From Camelus dromedarius (Eukaryota), in NCBI RefSeq assembly GCF_036321535.1, contig NC_087437.1, positions 114,020,001-114,084,000 on the forward strand: DNA of 64,000 nt, read 5' to 3'. The position numbers and the translations under genes were made by a program. Positions 38,440 to 51,908 of this stretch are shown here, one piece after another. Position 1 is the stretch's first letter; the number at the start of each line of letters is the position of its first letter. The notes under the pieces were generated by a model. The model ran no database searches and had not been told where the DNA came from. It was given only the letters and a program-made list of their open reading frames with translations.

Positions 38440-40040
38440 CATGCTGAATGGAAAAGTCAGCATGCCAGTCAATGGATCAGAGGGGAAGTCGGAAACAAAT
38501 TAACATATTTATGCAAATTTAGTGTGGGGCAAAGATGACAATGCAAATTAATGGAGAAATCATGTGTTATCCAACAAACAGTGCTGGGACAACGAAGTAG
38601 CTCCCTGAAAAAGCGTAATCCTCCCTCATACTTATACCAATATAAACACGGGCCTGCTGTACAGCACAGGGGACTGTATTCAATTTCTTGTAATGAGTTG
38701 TAATGGAAAAGAATCTGAAATATATATATACGTACGTATGTATGCGTATATGTGTGTGTGTGTGTATATATATATATGTGTGTATGTATGTATCACTTTG
38801 CTGTACACCTAAAATTAACATTGTTAATCGACTACACTTCAATAAAAAATAAGAATTAAAAGAAAATTATACCATAAAAGCACTAAGACAAAGCACAGAA
38901 AAATATAATAATCTCAAAAATGAACGTCTTTCCAACTATAGTATAAAACTCAGAAGACAATAAAAAATTCAACTATATAACAGCTTTTATATGCCCCTCT
39001 CCCCAAATAAATATCCTAAATACAATTGTAAGACAACATATAGAGAAAATGTAAAGAGCTAATTAATATACAGAGTCCTTTAAAATCAGTGTTTTAAAAA
39101 ATTCTATTGAAAATGGACAGATGTTAGTAAAAATTTATAGAAAATAAAATAAAATGGCTTTTAATCATGTACAAAGTTTCTCAACTTCACTTATACTAAG
39201 AAACAGACAAGTTAAAACTTCCAAGATACTTCAGTTCACCTATCAGGTTAACAAAGGTCAACAACTTGATGACATACCATGCTGTGGGACAATCAACACT
39301 GTCGTTCCTTGCCGGCTGTAGTGTGAATTGGCAAACCTCTGTGGAAATCAGTCAAAATATAGAACACACTTACTGTTTGACCCAGCAATTCCATTGCCAT
39401 GAATTTCTCGTGAAGATGACAATTTAAAGTTTGTATATTCCAAAATCAAGAAAGGAAAATGATGACTGTTCTTTGGCCGCTGTCCCAAGACATAAACAAG
39501 TCACCAGTACCACTGTGTTCAAAGCCATCACAACTGACCAGTGACAATCGATTTAGCAACTGCATTTCTTAAAGGCACATGCCAATTGCCAAGGTTCCAC
39601 AGCTCAATCAATCCTTAAACACTCTTGCTTCTAAAAGTCCATCAAGCCCTAGACTCAATGCTTCCCAAACCCTACATCATATTAGATTTGCTTTGTTTTG
39701 ATAGAACTGTATCCCACAAGCAGACTTTTCCGTTGTTTAGCAAGCGATAGTCAGTTTTTGCTGTAGATTTTGAGTGGCAGCCTTTTCTTCCAATCCAAAT
39801 ACTCACACATATGAGAAACAATATATGCATAAGAATGTTCACAAAAGTTTTGTTTAATATAGAAATGGGTTATAAACAATGTAAATGATCTAAAATTCCA
39901 GTAAATTAGAAAACCAGAAATAGTAGATGTCTCCTTGAAAGGGAATTAGTCATCATGGTAAAGAAGGGAGAAAGAGATTAATACATTTCATTTAGTCAAT
40001 TTTGTTGTTTTTTTAAAAAAATTTGTATGTATTACCTATT
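38440..40040 (+). mobile_element. Old L1ME ORF2/3' remnant with nested insertions
   Basis: L1 motifs (TTGAAAATGGACAG, TTTGACCCAGCAATTCCA). A young L1 3' tail is nested at ~38645-38860, and a ~380-bp TG..CA segment (39411-39792, probably an old LTR) interrupts the L1. Confidence 0.6.
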
Positions 40041-41872
40041 AAAAGGTAAATCACTTAAAGTCAGCATTTCAAATTGTATGTGTACTACGAAAAGAAAGCA
40101 TATGAAATTGGTAGCAAAGAGATAAAAGTTACCACTTCTAAATAATTGGGTGATAGTTTCTCAAATGTCTTTTTCCTAATTGTTTCATAACTTTGTGACA
40201 TAACTTGTCATTTTAAGTCAGAACTATTTATAAATATTGTGCCAGAGATCACACAAAAATACAGCAAATGCAATCACTCCATCGCAGGTTGGCACACAAC
40301 AAAATTCGTTGTGACATGGAGAGAATCTTACTTATTAAAAGAAATGATCTAAGTCTAAAAGAAAGGAGGAATCCCAGATGTCCAAGGACATCACAAAAGC
40401 AAAACTGATGGAACAAGACCTTTCTGTAATATCAAGAGGCTCCAAGCAAAAGCCCAAAGTTCAACCAACTCGGGTCCCCAGAGCTCACACGCCTCCTCCC
40501 GGGGGCTCAGTGTGCATCACTTGTGATACACTGTAACCAAGAAGCTCAACACAAAACTTAAAGTTTGCAACATACATGCATTACTTGTCTATTTGTTTAA
40601 ATTAACCTAATAAAAAAGAAATAAACACTTGGCTTAATTTTAATCTAGTCCTATCCCTCCCTAGCAAATACAGGGAAGGACCCAGCGGTACAGACTTACA
40701 GAAAACAGTGCCTGCTCACAGCACGACGCCCATCAGAAAGAACATCTCCTGATGCCAGTTTGCTGAGTCTGTCAAGCGTGCCAGAAAACAACTTCTAATT
40801 TCCTTGCCATTGAGCAGTGAGATCTTGGAATTCAAAAGCCAGGTTTAGCTTTTTTCTTTCACCAGATAATGCTTTAATGGGGGAAAATTTTTTTTAAAAA
40901 TTTAAAAAAATAAAGTAGAACAAATGAAATACTGCTGCGTAAAAGCTATCCTGACCTGTTGACTTGGAAATAAAATAGCATATTAAAATGTCCGAAGTAT
41001 CAAACAGAGAAATACTTTTATCAATCATTTAATAATGACATATTACTCAGACCCTGCCTACTTGATTAATGAGGTTGGTTGCAGAGTTTCAGGTAACCAT
41101 TAATGCTGAAGAAACTCACTAGGTGTATCTTATTATTTTATCACTTAATACAACTTAAATCTAGTCCCCTTATTCCATTTTCACTGATGGCCTTGAAATA
41201 CTTATCACTGGCTATTCTGACTGGAAAAAGTAACCCTCTAGGCATACACGTTTTCTTTCATGATGTGTTTCTTGTAACTGATGTCTTCAACACAAACTTT
41301 GACAAACAGATGTTTGAAAGACCCGATAACTGGTAATCTGAACTTCCTTCTGAACAAAGAGTTGTAAATTTTAGGACTATAAAAAAGCAATTTTCCAATT
41401 TACCCATATTTCTTTTCATGCTAAAAATAATCACTGAAATAATCACTTCTATCTAGACTCATCCATTAAAGGTTTAGAATCAAATCAGTCTTATGCAGTC
41501 CATAGTTTTTAAAGTTTTCTCCAAATGCCATCATCAAGCAATCTCGCAGTATCTATTACAATTAAAAATATATGTGCCACAATTCCATTTCTGGGACTCT
41601 GTAAAAGCACATGTTAGTGCTCACTGAAGCGTTTGTTCCAGGAGGCCAAGAACTGGAAACCACATTCATATCCAGTGATGGTGGAATGAGCCTACGGAAC
41701 AATGCTGTATGTACCCACAGAATATTAAGCAACCATTAGAAATAATTAAACAGTATTATACCATTGACTTCTGGGAAATGTGTCGATTTTTGATTGGGAA
41801 CAGCAAGATGTAGGAAAGTGTACAAAATAATTCCTTTTGTGAAGAAGTAAGTTGTAAAACTAGCCTTCATGT

Positions 41873-42082
41873 CAGTGGTTTCCAACCGAGTAACTCTGCT
41901 CACTGTGGGACATTTGGCAATGCCTGGAGATGTTTCTTGGTTGTCCAATATGGAGGGAGAATGCTACTGGCATCCAGGGGATAGAGGCCAGGGATGCTGT
42001 TCAACATCTCACAATGGACCAGACAGCCAACAAAGAATTACCTGGCCCCAAATGTGGCTGGTGCCATGATTGACACACCCTC
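41873..42082 (-). mobile_element. MER20 inserted in an L1ME 3' remnant (~41570-42250)
   Basis: CAGTGGTTTCCAACC...GGGACATTTGGCAATGCCTGGAGATGTTT...AGAGGCCAGGGATGCTG...GGCCCCAAATGT. Confidence 0.85.
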
Positions 42083-42809
42083 CTGTATACGGAGTTATAT
42101 AATTTTATAATTGAATTATATAAGTATAGAAAACACATGGAAACTCACACACTCCTGTTGTCAGAGCAGCTAATTTGGGAGAATGGGATGGGGGCAGTGA
42201 TGAGGGTTAGATGCAGATGGAGGAGAAATGGGAAAGCATGGAGGTGCCCTCGACAAGACCAGCATCATGATATGATCTCAGTTCTTACGCCCGTATCAAA
42301 TGAAGAATCAGTGCCACCTCCGAGTCACCTTTGCCAGGTTTATTCTTGCTCCTTAGATCACTTTCAAACTTCACTGAAACTACATTCTCTGGATGAAAAA
42401 AATAAAATAAATTCGATTTAGAAGAAAAACCCAACTCAAGGTCACTGAGGTCAGGAAAAAAGACAATTTCGCCAGCCTGGTCGTGATGAATCATGGTGCA
42501 ACTTTGCTTGGATTCCCATGAGTAACCTTATTGGTCTCAGTGTGAATATTTTTCCCTCCTGTTTCAGTTTTATTAGGTAGAATTATTACATCAGTTAGTG
42601 TGAATTAACCTCACCTTCTCCCACCCTTCCTATCAGTAGTTTGGTATTTTTATTACACTCTGTACTCTAGAGAATTCAGTATAAAATAGAGCCAGAACAA
42701 GAAAAATATGACGAGTGATTCTGTTGCTTTGCCTCGATGAGTCTGGCTGTTTTGCTGTTCTGTGCCCGTGGTCAGCACTGTAACTTACAGCCTGTTAGCA
42801 AATGCACAT

Positions 42810-43200
42810 CAAAACGGGCATTCTAGACGATGCCGGGGGCGCCCCCACACCGAAGAGATGCCTTTACACATGGAGAAATAGTCCATTTTGTCATCTGTCC
42901 TGAACGCTTCATCTCCGGGCGCTCCGTGTAGACTTTTACAAAGGCATAAAGCAATGGACTCTGAGAGAACCCCCCTCTGATGGCAGCCCTTCTGCAGTCT
43001 GTATGGGGGCCCCAGCGTTATCGCCCGGACAGGGAAGGACCCTGAACACACCCTAGAGTGAAGGCTGCTGCAGCAAGTGCAGCGAACCCCTGGGAAAGTA
43101 CCCGTTCCTGCCGCACGTCGCGGGCCAGGTCCCCGCGCACACAAAACGCCAGCGGGGTCAGACGGCCGTGTGGCAGGGCACATGGATTCTCACTATTCAC
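42810..43200. promoter_or_regulatory. Small CpG-rich segment with a CTCF-like motif
   Basis: Locally dense CpGs (e.g. GCCGCACGTCGCGGG, CCCCGCGC, GACGGCCG) and minus-strand GCCATCAGAGGGGGG at ~42970-42984. Confidence 0.4.
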
Positions 43201-43639
43201 CCGAAAAAAACATCTTTGTAACAGAGGAAACCCCAGTAAAGGCTGTTCCTTAAGCTCTGCCCATCCCCCACTCCTGTCTTCTGCAGCCTGAGCCCCCTAG
43301 AGTCATCCCCATGTGGCCTTCCTTGATGCGCTGAGCCTTCTGTCCCTGGGGACGTGATAAACTTTGTTTTGTTCGTTCTGTTTTGTTTTCCTGAGGCTCT
43401 CCTCAGTCTCTTTCTATGGCTACCCCTGAATGGTCATCTCATAAAAGAATCCAGTACACACACGCACACGCACACACACACGCACACACATGTGCACAAC
43501 GTAGAACATGGAGGCTGTGGAAGGTGTTTGTAAGCTGAGGACAAGGACCCAGTAGAGGCGTCTTCCTGTTGCATCCACATTTTCCAACAAAATCCACATT
43601 CCTCCCCGCCTTGACTGCCTTCCCTAGCATCCTATTAAG

Positions 43640-43975
43640 GGGACACTATAGGGCCACCTATGGCATGCATCTTGCCAGGTTCCTTCACTGTATGCAAATA
43701 TCTGCCCAACCATCACCTCCTCTGAGAAGCCTTCTGTGATATGTCTGGTGTTGCCTCCTGGCTGTCCCCACCACGCTCTCTTCCGCTGCCTGGCATTATT
43801 TTCCTCACCTCGCGTGGGCCATCTGATGCAACACTGCTAATGTGTCCTGGGTTACGAGATTCCTGTCCCCACACTCTCCTCCTCCCACCCCCACTGTAAT
43901 GGGGCGGCCTTGGCTGTTCCTTGGATGGGCACCCAGCACAGGGCAAGGCACAAAGCAGATGACTGACAGGTCCAT
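43640..43975 (+). mobile_element. L2 3' remnant
   Basis: TCACCTCCTCTGAGAAGCCTTC ... CCAGCACAGGGCAAGGCACAAAGCAGATG. Confidence 0.6.
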
Positions 43976-46900
43976 GGAATTCCTTACTTAATCCATTTCC
44001 CCCAAAGATGGGCTAGAAAGGCCCAGAAAGGGGGCATGGCCCAACCAAGGTTACTCAGAGACTTGAAATAACTGAACATTTTGTTCAAGTTCAGAAATCT
44101 TTGCCTTTAAGTATTTGTTCAGTTTTTTGTTTTGTTTTATTTTGTTTTTCAGGAAAAAAAATTAAAAGTAATTGATGGGGACTATTTTTCCCCCAAGGGA
44201 AGCCCAGAAAAGCAACTGTATATTCTATGAAGAACATAAATATTTCTTAGTCACGAACCAGAGATTTTCAAGTAATTCTCAGAAATTCCTAGGAATTTTG
44301 AGCCTTGACCTTCCTCTTCCCACGATGAGTTAAAAGCCACAAAGGCGGTGGCGCACACAGATTCTGTATATAATCCGGGGGCCATGCATGTTCCCCTCAA
44401 ACTCTCACCGCTCCTCATGCAAAGCTTCACAGCCTCAGCTTCCAGACCCCTCACGCTGAGTAGCCAGGCTTGGGTTTAACACCCCTTCATCCCAGGTCCC
44501 TGGGACAATGAAGCTCCCTCCCCCATCCCCATGGTCTTCTGTGTTTTTTTCGAGTCTCTCTTTTGAGTCCTTCTTCATTTCATCATCTCAGTAAACTTAT
44601 GAAAGCACGATCTGTATCCCATTTTAAAGATTGGGAAAACTGAGTCTCAGGAAGAGTCAGTAACTTACCCCAGGCTAGTAGAGCTCACCGAGACAGCCTG
44701 CCCCAGTGCCCAGGGCAGCTCCTCATTTCATACTAAGACCTGATGATCCCTTTTTGATTTATGGGAGATGCCGAATCAGGAGGGCTCCTGGGGAGAATGG
44801 AACAGAGAGGCCGCGTGGAAGGGGTGGAAGCTTGGGCTTTGGGGTAAGCGTTCGGTTTGAATTTACGAACTATGGGCAGGTTATTCAACAATTCAAAGTC
44901 TTAATTGTCTGATTCAAAAAATATAAAGAAAATGGTATCATCCTCAAACGGCTGATATAGGATTAAATGAGACAATATAAGAAAGGAGTACACAAATGTA
45001 CATGTATGACTGACACATGATGCTGTACACCAGACGCTGACACAACATCGTAAAGTGACTATATATATACGACATGATCCCTTGGACGGGCGGTGTATTA
45101 CCCCCTGTGGAGTGGATAAGTAATAAGTAAATACATTATCTATGAAATGAGGTGGGAGAATGACTGTGTACATCTGCAGGTGTATGTAAGTATATCGAGG
45201 CTGGGGGTCAGCCTGTAAGCCTCTGCGTGCAGAAGCTCTAATGGTATAAAGAGGGGAGATTCTCAGTGGATAACCTTGGAGACACAGGCTGACCTGCAAC
45301 TGCTATAACCTAGATCTTCTCAGAAGGACCGACAAGCTGGAATACCTGAGAAGGCCACACTCCCAGGAACGGCCGGGAGGGCAACAGCATCGGATGATGG
45401 CAGAGGGTGGCGACCCAGAGCACGTCAGCAAACAAACTGGTTTCCTTAAAATGCTACTGTTTCCTTTTACCAGTGAGTGGGCTTGACAAATTGAGCAAAT
45501 AAGAAGAGAAAAATAAAAAGTATGGCCAGTTCAATTTGAATTGGGAATAAATGAGTATATTTTTATTGTAAGTATAGTCCCTGCAGTATATAGTAACCCT
45601 TGCTTCGAGCAATACTGGGTTCTCTAAACCCTTTCTCCAGTTTAACCACCGTGCAAGTGACTGTGTTTGAAATCATAAGTCTCCAGATGTTGTAGGACCG
45701 GTTAATCCAGGATGGAATTTACAACACTAAATTAAAGAAAGATTCACAAATGAACCGTATCGGGAAACCAAAACAGCATTGCTAATATTATTCTTAATTT
45801 ACCCTGTAGTTGCAATGCAAATCTCTTCCTCCACGTGTGTAAAATAACTCTGAAACATAAATTTTAAGGTTTTTTTTTTTTAATTCTCAAAATACATATT
45901 CTTCCCATTAAAATACCAGACATTTAGGGAGGCTGTATTTCTTTCTCCTAAATGAATAAAATAAACAACACTTCGATTCATGTTTTTAATCACTCCATTC
46001 CATAGAGGAGAACTAATAATCTTGATGGAAATTTCCCACAGCGTCAGTATTGTTTTAGTTTGTGCTATCAAAATTTACCCATATGGTCTGCAAAGATTTA
46101 CAAATATTTAAGGTTTTGTAAGCACGGTGATTTCTTTAAAAGTTTGGAAAGCCCAGATTAGTATTAAAGACTATTTCGAAAGGTTTTAAGCAAGTGTCTA
46201 TGAGTCAAAGTCTGTGAAAGGGGAAAAGAATGATTATCTGAATACTCGCTCAAAAACCCCATCTCCAGCAGTTTGGGGTACAACTAGAGAAGGCCAGTGA
46301 GAGATTCTGTCCTGTCCTTGACATATGTGAATTTCATCTGATGAGCTTGGACCCTGCTCGTGGGAGCAGCTAGTCATCAATGCGCATGGCCTTGACGTTG
46401 ACCCATCTCAGCAGTACTTGAGAAACTCATTTAATAATTGTTAGCAGAGAAGTTTATTTCCATGAACCAGCAAACCTGTCAAGGGATGATTTGCAAACTA
46501 CCTTGTGCCAAGGATCCTCTGAAGGTCTTCATTTGGAGCAGACGTACTCCCAGCCTCTCCCAACTCTGTCGTGCTGATTCATTTTGGGGGGTGGGGGTGG
46601 GGAGGCCAGGGGATCTTGCATTTTACCCACAACCTCAACTGACCCGACAGCCAGCGCTGCTCTAAACACCCGTCACACACTCTGAAGAACAGTGCTGTAC
46701 CCTCTATAAGCCACTCATAAATCTATAAAGACGTGGGCAAAACTGCAGGGACAACTTCAGAGTGGCTTACAGGTTTCAAGTCTCAGCAGAACGTCAATTC
46801 AGGGTTAGAGGGAAAGTGAAACTAACGCGGACAGAAGGGAGCCGCAGGGACAGCCAGCTTTCAACGGTTCCCTCTCGCTTCCCCTCAGCTCCTGGGCTTG

Positions 46901-47419
46901 GGATTAAATGTGGAAGTGTCAAGCTTGAGAATTAAATGCAGAGCCTTTCAGAAAGGCTGCCTGGACAAACAGGCCAAGGAGGAACGTGGGTAGGAGGTGG
47001 ACTTGGGGGCCTCGTGAGTCCCCCACACCCCGCCCTGCACAGCTGAGTTGCCTGGTCTAGACTCAGGAGCAGCATTTAATGCCACGCTGTCCTCCTTTGC
47101 ATTTGAGCAGCCTTCCTGGCTCAGACGTCTCCCACGATAACAGGTTTTGTACCACCCCTCTCCTCCGACGTAGAGAAATGACCTAAAACAGCGAGTACAA
47201 TTTTCCATTTCTTACTCACTCAAGACACGGGCTGCTTCTGTCTTTAAATGGCCACGATGTCTTGACGCAGTTACCCAGAGTCCTCTCAGTGTGACTTCTC
47301 CTAAGACACGGGTCACTGTTATGATGCAAATAAAAAGCTGTTGCCAAGGACCACAAGAGTGTCAGCTTCCAACAAACAGCGAAACTGAGATCAGAAACTA
47401 GAGCTGGAGGCAAGCACAG

Positions 47420-47650
47420 CTGGGTGAGCAGAGCTCAGCCTGGGAGCCTGGCTGCTTGGGTCTGAATCCTGGTTCAGCCCCGCTGTTGTTGGGTGTCTGT
47501 TTTCTCATCTTTAAATCAAAGAAAAGGCTAGTACAAGAACTGGAGAGGAATGAGAAGGAAACTGCCAGGGATGCTACAAGGTTTAAATGAGTCAACTGAT
47601 AACAAGTGCTTAGTATCAGGTATGGATCAAGTGCTCAGTAAATAGCTATC
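47420..47650 (+). mobile_element. MIR SINE (representative copy)
   Basis: GGGTCTGAATCCTGGTTCAG...TTTCTCATCTTTAAA...GTGCTTAG. Other MIR remnants at ~4680-4920, 11280-11430, 20590-20800, 24380-24470, 31560-31780, 33820-34230, 44560-45000, 52880-53370, 56760-56990 and 61380-61590. Confidence 0.7.
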
Positions 47651-48571
47651 ATCATCATCATCATCAGAAGAAGAAGAAGAAGAGAATGTTTACAAAATAT
47701 TGGCACCCCCATCAATTCCATGGACCATCATTACAGTCTTCTTGCATCCTGCTAAATAAGAAACAGCTATTGCTAATTACTAGTTCCTTCCATCCATAAG
47801 CCATGCTAAGGGGCACTCAGCTCCTTTCTCCTGCCTAGAAACTGAGCATATTTGCAAGTGTCTGAAACTGACACTCTGTTAACTTTACACTTTTTACACC
47901 TAAGTAGATTAATGAAACTTTTTTTGCTACATTTTGAAAGCAATTTCTTTCCCTGAAATAAAACAAAGATTCATTCTTCTCCTTCTTTATCTGTGTTCCT
48001 CTCTGTCTCCCATCTTCTGCTTTTCCACCTTCTCTTCCCTTCTTTGACTCTCTGTCTGTCTGTCTGTCTCAGTCACACACACACACCATCATCATTATCC
48101 CAAAACAGAAGTATAGTTATCAAGAGGAAAATACCCAAGTGCCTGATTTCCTAACATAAACATTTTCATTTTATTTCCTCTGGTTTCTCCACGCACCCAT
48201 GTGAAGAAAATTGAGAAACTCTAGAACCCTGGTAAATTAAATGACTAGAAATATGCTTACAACATCCAGTCTTTGAAATTCTCTCATCCCCTCCTTCCTC
48301 TTTCTCTCTCCCAGCAATGTCGCAGACACACATAAGGCTGAGTGTCTTGGAGAATAAATGAACAAATAGATTTACTCACATTGAAGTCATGTGTTCTCTG
48401 CATCTCAATTGTTATCAAATACTTTGGGGCCAAGGTTTACTAAGATGAGTTGTAAATCAGCAGAAAGTCCCAAATCCTTTCACTGAGGCTGCACCTGTAC
48501 GCGTCACACATCTAAGTGGAACCTCAACTGATCATATGATAGAATAAGGAGAAATGATGCAGCAGTTGTTC

Positions 48572-48770
48572 ATTTTTTCCAGCTTTTTGAGATATTATTG
48601 ATGTATAACATGTACATATTGCAAAATGTATATATATATTGCAAAACAATTACCACAGTAAGCTTAGTTCACGCCTCCACTGTCTCACGTAATTTCCATT
48701 TTTTGTTTGTGTGTGGTGATATAACTTAAGACCCACTCTCTTAACAACTTTCGAGTACATGATACAGAAG
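48572..48770 (-). mobile_element. L1MA-like 3' end
   Basis: TTTTCCAGCTTTTTGAGATAT...ATTACCACAGTAAGCTTAGTT...ACTTAAGACCCACTCTCTTAACAACTTTCGAGTAC. Confidence 0.7.
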
Positions 48771-51324
48771 TCATTTGAAGATATCGTGAGCAGAGCTGTA
48801 CAGCTTTAGGACCTGGTGGAGTCCTTTTAGGGGGAAAAGGCAGTTGGGGAAGAAAAAGTAGAAAAGAGGTGAACTGAGATCACAAGTCTGATTCTGATGA
48901 GACCAAAACATTTCCTAGAAGTCAGGATGGGAAGTCAGTTTTTGCAGGTTCTGGCATTTCACAACTTCTGAGGATGTGCAGGTGCTTAAAACGGACTTTT
49001 TATTTCTTCAATCTCTCTGGCCTCTCGATTCGCAAGAGGACCTTCTCTGGGTCAGGATAGTCACAGTGCCAAAAGTTCATGGCACTGTTTTCCCATAAGA
49101 GTTGCATGATGGCCGGGCTCTCTGGAAGTGTAAAAGATCTCAAAATGCAGGATAATCTTTGTTTACTCAAAATCTCCTTAAAAGGTGGTGTTGTACAATG
49201 TTAATTCCTAGAATTACAGAAAAAAAAAACCCTGAAATTTTAACTTCACGTGGAAGAAATTAACCACAGCACCTTGTACTTTCCAGTATTGCTTTGCATG
49301 ACTCTGATGCAGAATTCCAGCAGATAGAAAATATTTTTCTTACTTTTCTATAACTAGGGCTTCCAAAAGGAACCACCCAGATATAATGGTCTGCCTAGAA
49401 AAGCTCAATCGTATTCATATCTACAAATTAGTTATCCAATTCAAGTTAATTATCCAATGCAAATTAGGATTTTTTTTCCCTGAAGTGTTGATAACACCCA
49501 TAAAGAATGATGCACAATGAAAGTTTGACACAGTATATTTTGCCCAGTAAAAATCTGAGTTAAAAATGAAGACTGTAACTGAAAGAAATAAAATGCAGCA
49601 TAAAGGTGGCTTGGTTTTTATATGGTTTTCCTGAAACAAATTTCTTTAAGAAACTTCTAGAAATGTAATAGCTTTATTAAAGAATTTATTAATTTAGTAG
49701 TTTATTAACTTCTGTTGCCAGGCTGTAAAATACTGAAAATGCCGAAGTAAAATGAGATCTCCATTTCATTTAGTTACTCAACTGAGTGACTGGTTCACTT
49801 GAGTGACTGGTTATCAAAAGCCATCTCATGTATTAGTGGCTCAAAAACCTCCTCTCCATATTGCAAAGCCCTAAAAATAAATTAGAGCATGAGGAGGTCA
49901 ACGGGAACGCAGAGGGTTGGACTTCCCACCCAGACAGGGCTCATTCTCAGTTGCTTTATTTCTGCGATGAAGCGCATTTCCTAGGCTCTCTGAGGAAGTC
50001 GGGCTGCTCAGTGACTTAAGTGACATGTGATGAGTTCTCCATCTTAGCCACCACATTAGCATCAGGGATGTGCCAATAGCTGTACTGTCCTAAATGCATA
50101 CTTTCCAAAGCACTGATCTTGCCCGTTGCTTTCTGAAGCAGCATGGGTGCAGGCCTTTCTTGTCTCAGACGTGGGCAGCGGTGTCTCAGTGACACGGTCA
50201 TCCGTGGCTTCAGTAAACATCTTCTTTTGGTTTGATTTCCCACTCTTCAGATAATTTATGACACTTTTCAGCCTCTTAAAACTAAAATCTAAATGCATTT
50301 TTTTTTGTTTCTTGTATTTTCTACACTAAACAGGAAATCAGTGTTACTAGAATCAGCAGAATTTTAGAATAAAGAAAACTAACTGTACCCTCCAAAATTA
50401 ACAACGAAAGGCCACCAAACTAATTAGCCGGAGACTACAGCCAGAAGTGCCACGTGATGTGCGAATGGTTTTTCACCCCAAAAAGACCAAGAGGAATTAG
50501 TATAATACAGAAAGATTTTCAATAAACACATTCATTTTAAGAGTAAATGGATTCTTTTTCCTCCACAAAATTAGAAAGTGAGAAAGTGTTGCAGAGACAT
50601 CAGAAAGGCTAGGGTTATGTTTCAGACCTTACCCAAGGGAAAGAGACGGGAGAGTTGCCTCATCCTGGTATCATGTTTCCGGCTGTGACAGGAAGAGATA
50701 GGTCATCACAGATAAAAATGGAAAATGTTGTGAAAAAATCAAATACTTCTAAGAAAGACAAAACGCAAGATCCAGCTGTGGTGAATGTTAAAGGAAATGA
50801 GTGTTGCAACTTGTTGAAGCTCAAGACACATCCTTCAACATATTCTAGCGGTGGAACAGTTGAAGAGTGGTCCCAGAAAACAAAGCACCCCTGGGGTTGG
50901 GACCCCACTCCATGACCTTAGCACACCCTCACCTTCAAATTCCATGACTCATCTCTGCAGTTCTGTGCCCAACACCTCCTTGGAGGAAGTTCAAAATGTC
51001 TCACACTTTCTAGATATGCTTTCCCCAGGTCTGAGCTCAATCCTCTCTGAAATTTAAACTCTATTCTCTCTTAACTGACTCGCAACAGAAAAATACAAAT
51101 ACTTGCCACTTTCAATTCTCTTCCCCAAACTCAAACACAGGTTAGCTTACTTACTCTTCTCCCCATGGAATAGCTACAATTCTCCCGATAGACTAACTCT
51201 CCAAGTAGTGAAGGATCCTCTTCCTGGCACACGGACTCCCAGCAAACACTCAGTTCTGGCCTCCGTTTCTTCCCAAGGAGTTGCACACACCTGAAACTGC
51301 AAATGGCTTAAGAAAGTGTCCTTG

Positions 51325-51908
51325 CAACCACTATGGAGAACAGTATAAAGATGCCTTAAAAACCTCAAAGTAGACCTACCATATGATCCAGCAATCTCAC
51401 TCCTGGGCATATATACAGAGGAAACTCTTAATTCGAAAAGATACCTGCACCCCAGTGCTGATAACCAGCCCTGTTTACAATAGTCAGGACATTGAAACAA
51501 CCTAAATGTCCATTGACAAATGAATGCATAAAGAAGTTTTAGTATGCAATGTTACTCAGCCATAAAAAAGAATGAAATAATGCTATTTGCAGCAACATGG
51601 ATGGACCTACAGATCATCATACTAAGTGAAGTAAGTCAGACAAAGATACATATCATATGGTATCACTTATATGTGGCATCTAAAATATGATACAAATGAA
51701 CTTAGGAGTTTGGGATTAGCAGATACAAACTATTATATATAAAATAGATAAACAATAAGGACATGTTGTAGAGCACAAGGAACTATATTCAATATTTTGT
51801 AATAACCTATAATGAAAAAGAATATATATGTATAACTGAATCACTCTGCTGTACACCAGAAACTAACACAACATTGTAAATCAACTATACTTCAATTAAA
51901 AAAAAAAA
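51325..51908 (+). mobile_element. 5'-truncated young artiodactyl-type L1 (end of ORF2, 3'UTR and polyA)
   Basis: CACTATGGAGAACAGT...TACCATATGATCCAGCAATC...GCAGCAACATGGATGGACCTA...CTATACTTCAATT(A)n. TSD AAGAAAGTGTCCTTG (51310-51324) / AAGAAAGTTTCCTAG (51909-51923) at a TT|AAGA endonuclease site. Confidence 0.92.
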
